This document shows, in pieces, positions 62,001 to 64,000 of a DNA stretch of 64,000 nucleotides. The DNA lies in assembly GCA_002269645.1 (NCBI GenBank), contig NIVC01002224.1:56144-120143 (forward strand). The letters are read 5' to 3'. The first letter of the stretch is position 1; each line of letters begins with the position of its first letter. The position numbers and the translations under genes are program-made. This stretch comes from Macrostomum lignano (lineage: Eukaryota). A model generated the notes under the pieces. It had not been told where the DNA came from and searched no databases. It saw nothing but the letters and a program-made list of their open reading frames with translations.

Positions 62001-64000
62001 TATTCAAAACGGAGATTCCTAGAAATTCTAATGTATTTTAATAGGGAAAGCCAAAAAAATCAATCAGCAACTGCCAAGCTGTATCTGTAGATTCAGATAT
62101 GAGACTCTACAGATAATTAGAGACCCCAGTCGGTGTCTTTTGCAGAAAGAATCGGATCTCTAGCCTAATCAGCTTTCCAGATATTCAAAAGCGGAGATTC
62201 CTAGAAATTCTAATGTATTTTAATAGGGAAAGCCAAAAAAATCAATCAGCAACTGCCAAGCTGTATCTGTAGATTCAGATATGAGACTCTACAGATAATT
62301 AGAGCACCCCCAGTCGGTGTCTTTTGCAGAAAGAATCGGATCTCTAGCCTAATCAGCTTTCCAGATATTCAAAAGCGGAGATTCCTAGAAATTCTAATGT
62401 ATTTTAATAGGGAAAGCCAAAAAAATCAATCAGCAACTGCCAAGCTGTATCTGTAGATTCAGATATGAGACTCTACAGATAATTAGAGCACCCCAGTCGG
62501 TGTCTTTTGCAGAAAGAATCGGATCTCTAGCCTAATCAGCTTTCCAGATATTCAAAAGCGGAGATTCCTAGAATTCTAATGATATTTTAATAGGGAAAGC
62601 CAAAAAAATCAATCAGCAACTGCCAAGCTGTATCTGTAGATTCAGATATGAGACTCTACAGATAATTAGAGCACCCCAGTCGGTGTCTTTTGCAGAAAGA
62701 ATCGGATCTCTAGCCTAATCAGCTTTCCAGATATTCAAAAGCGGAGATTCCTAGAAATTCTAATGTATTTTAATAGGGAAAGCCAAAAAAATCAATCAGC
62801 AACTGCCAAGCTGTATCTGTAGATTCAGATATGAGACTCTACAGATAATTAGAGCACCCCAGTCGTGTCTTTTGCAGAAAGAATCGATCTCTAGCCTAAT
62901 CAGCTTTCCAGATATTCAAAAGCGGAGATTCCTAGAAATTCTAATGTATTTTAATAGGGAAAGCCAAAAAAATCAATCAGCAACTGCCAAGCTGTATCTG
63001 TAGATTCAGATATGAGACTCTACAGATAATTAGAGCACCCCAGTCGGTGTCTTTTGCAGAAAGAATCGCGATCTCTAGCCTAATCAGCTTTTCCAGATAT
63101 TCAAAAGCGGAGATTCCTAGAAATTCTAATGTATTTTAATAGGGAAAGCCAAAAAAATCAATCAGCAACTGCCAAGCTGTATCTGTAGATTCAGATATGA
63201 GACTCTACAGATAATTAGAGCACCCCAGTCGTGTGTCTTTTGCAGAAAGAATCGGATCTCTAGCCTAATCAGCTTTCCAGATATTCAAAAGCGGAGATTC
63301 CTAGAAATTCTAATGTATTTTAATAGGGAAAGCCAAAAAAATCAATCAGCAACTGCCAAGCTGTATCTGTAGATTCAGATATGAGACTCTACAGATAATT
63401 AGAGCACCCCAGTCGGTGTCTTTTGCAGAAAGAATCGGATCTCTAGCCTAATCAGCTTTCCAGATATTCAAAAGCGGAGATTCCTAGAAATTCTAATGTA
63501 TTTTAATAGGGAAAGCCAAAAAAAATCAGCAACTGCCAAGCTGTATCTGTAGATTCAGATATGAGACTCTACAGATAATTAGAGCACCCAGTCGGTGTCT
63601 TTTGCAGAAAGAATCGGATCTCTAGCCTAATCAGCTTTCCAGATATTCAAAAGCGGAGATTCCTAGAAATTCTAATGTATTTTTAGGGAAAGCCAAAAAA
63701 ATCAATCAGCAACTGCCAAGCTGTATCTGTAGATTCAGATATGAGACTCTACAGATAATTAGAGCACCCCAGTCGGTGTCTTTTGCAGAAAGAATCGGAT
63801 CTCTAGCCTAATCAGCTTTCCAGATATTCAAAAGCGGAGATTCCTAGAAATTCTAATGTATTTTAATAGGGAAAGCCAAAAAAATCAATCAGCAACTGCC
63901 AAGCTGTATCTGTAGATTCAGATATGAGACTCTACAGATAATTAGAGCACCCAGTCGGTGTCTTTTGCAGAAAGAATCGGATCTCTAGCCTAATCAGCTT
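53041..64000. repeat. 183-bp satellite DNA array (~60 monomers, runs off window end)
   Basis: Monomer starts TCAAAAGCGGAGATTCC at 53041, 53224, ... (period 183). Essentially invariant from 53.2 to 61.0 kb. Confidence 0.98.

Noticed and set aside
53041-64000. CRISPR-like array (regular repeats with a palindrome)
   Set aside because: There are no variable spacers, the whole 183 bp repeats, the context is eukaryotic and no cas genes are present.

Overview
Eukaryotic (metazoan) genomic DNA, not a prokaryotic or viral locus. GC-rich, poly-Ala/poly-Gln-rich exons sit in AT-rich or tandem-repeat-filled introns. The style resembles the flatworm Macrostomum, but that is an impression and unproven. 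I reconstructed spliced genes by hand using GT..AG boundaries and phase checks. (1) The 3' part of an RBM5/RBM10-family gene (+, 1-6723; OCRE, C2H2 zinc finger, G-patch). (2) A couch potato/RBPMS-family RRM gene (-, 29696 to about 11579), convergent with it. (3) Two complete head-to-head mitochondrial citrate carrier (SLC25A1-like) paralogs (- 35111-36880, + 41045-42996). (4) A lone terminal exon of a neuroglobin-like globin (-, 45161-45355). Over half the window is tandem repeat: at least 11 minisatellite families, three microsatellites and an 11 kb, near-perfect 183-bp satellite running off the right end. Most ORFs in the supplied track are repeat artefacts. The most notable observations are: the inverted SLC25A1 pair is nearly identical from coding exon 1 to exon 3, introns included, yet diverged in intron 3/exon 4, suggesting gene conversion; and the same GGA-rich minisatellite fills the last intron of both convergent RNA-binding-protein genes, so their pre-mRNAs carry complementary repeats.
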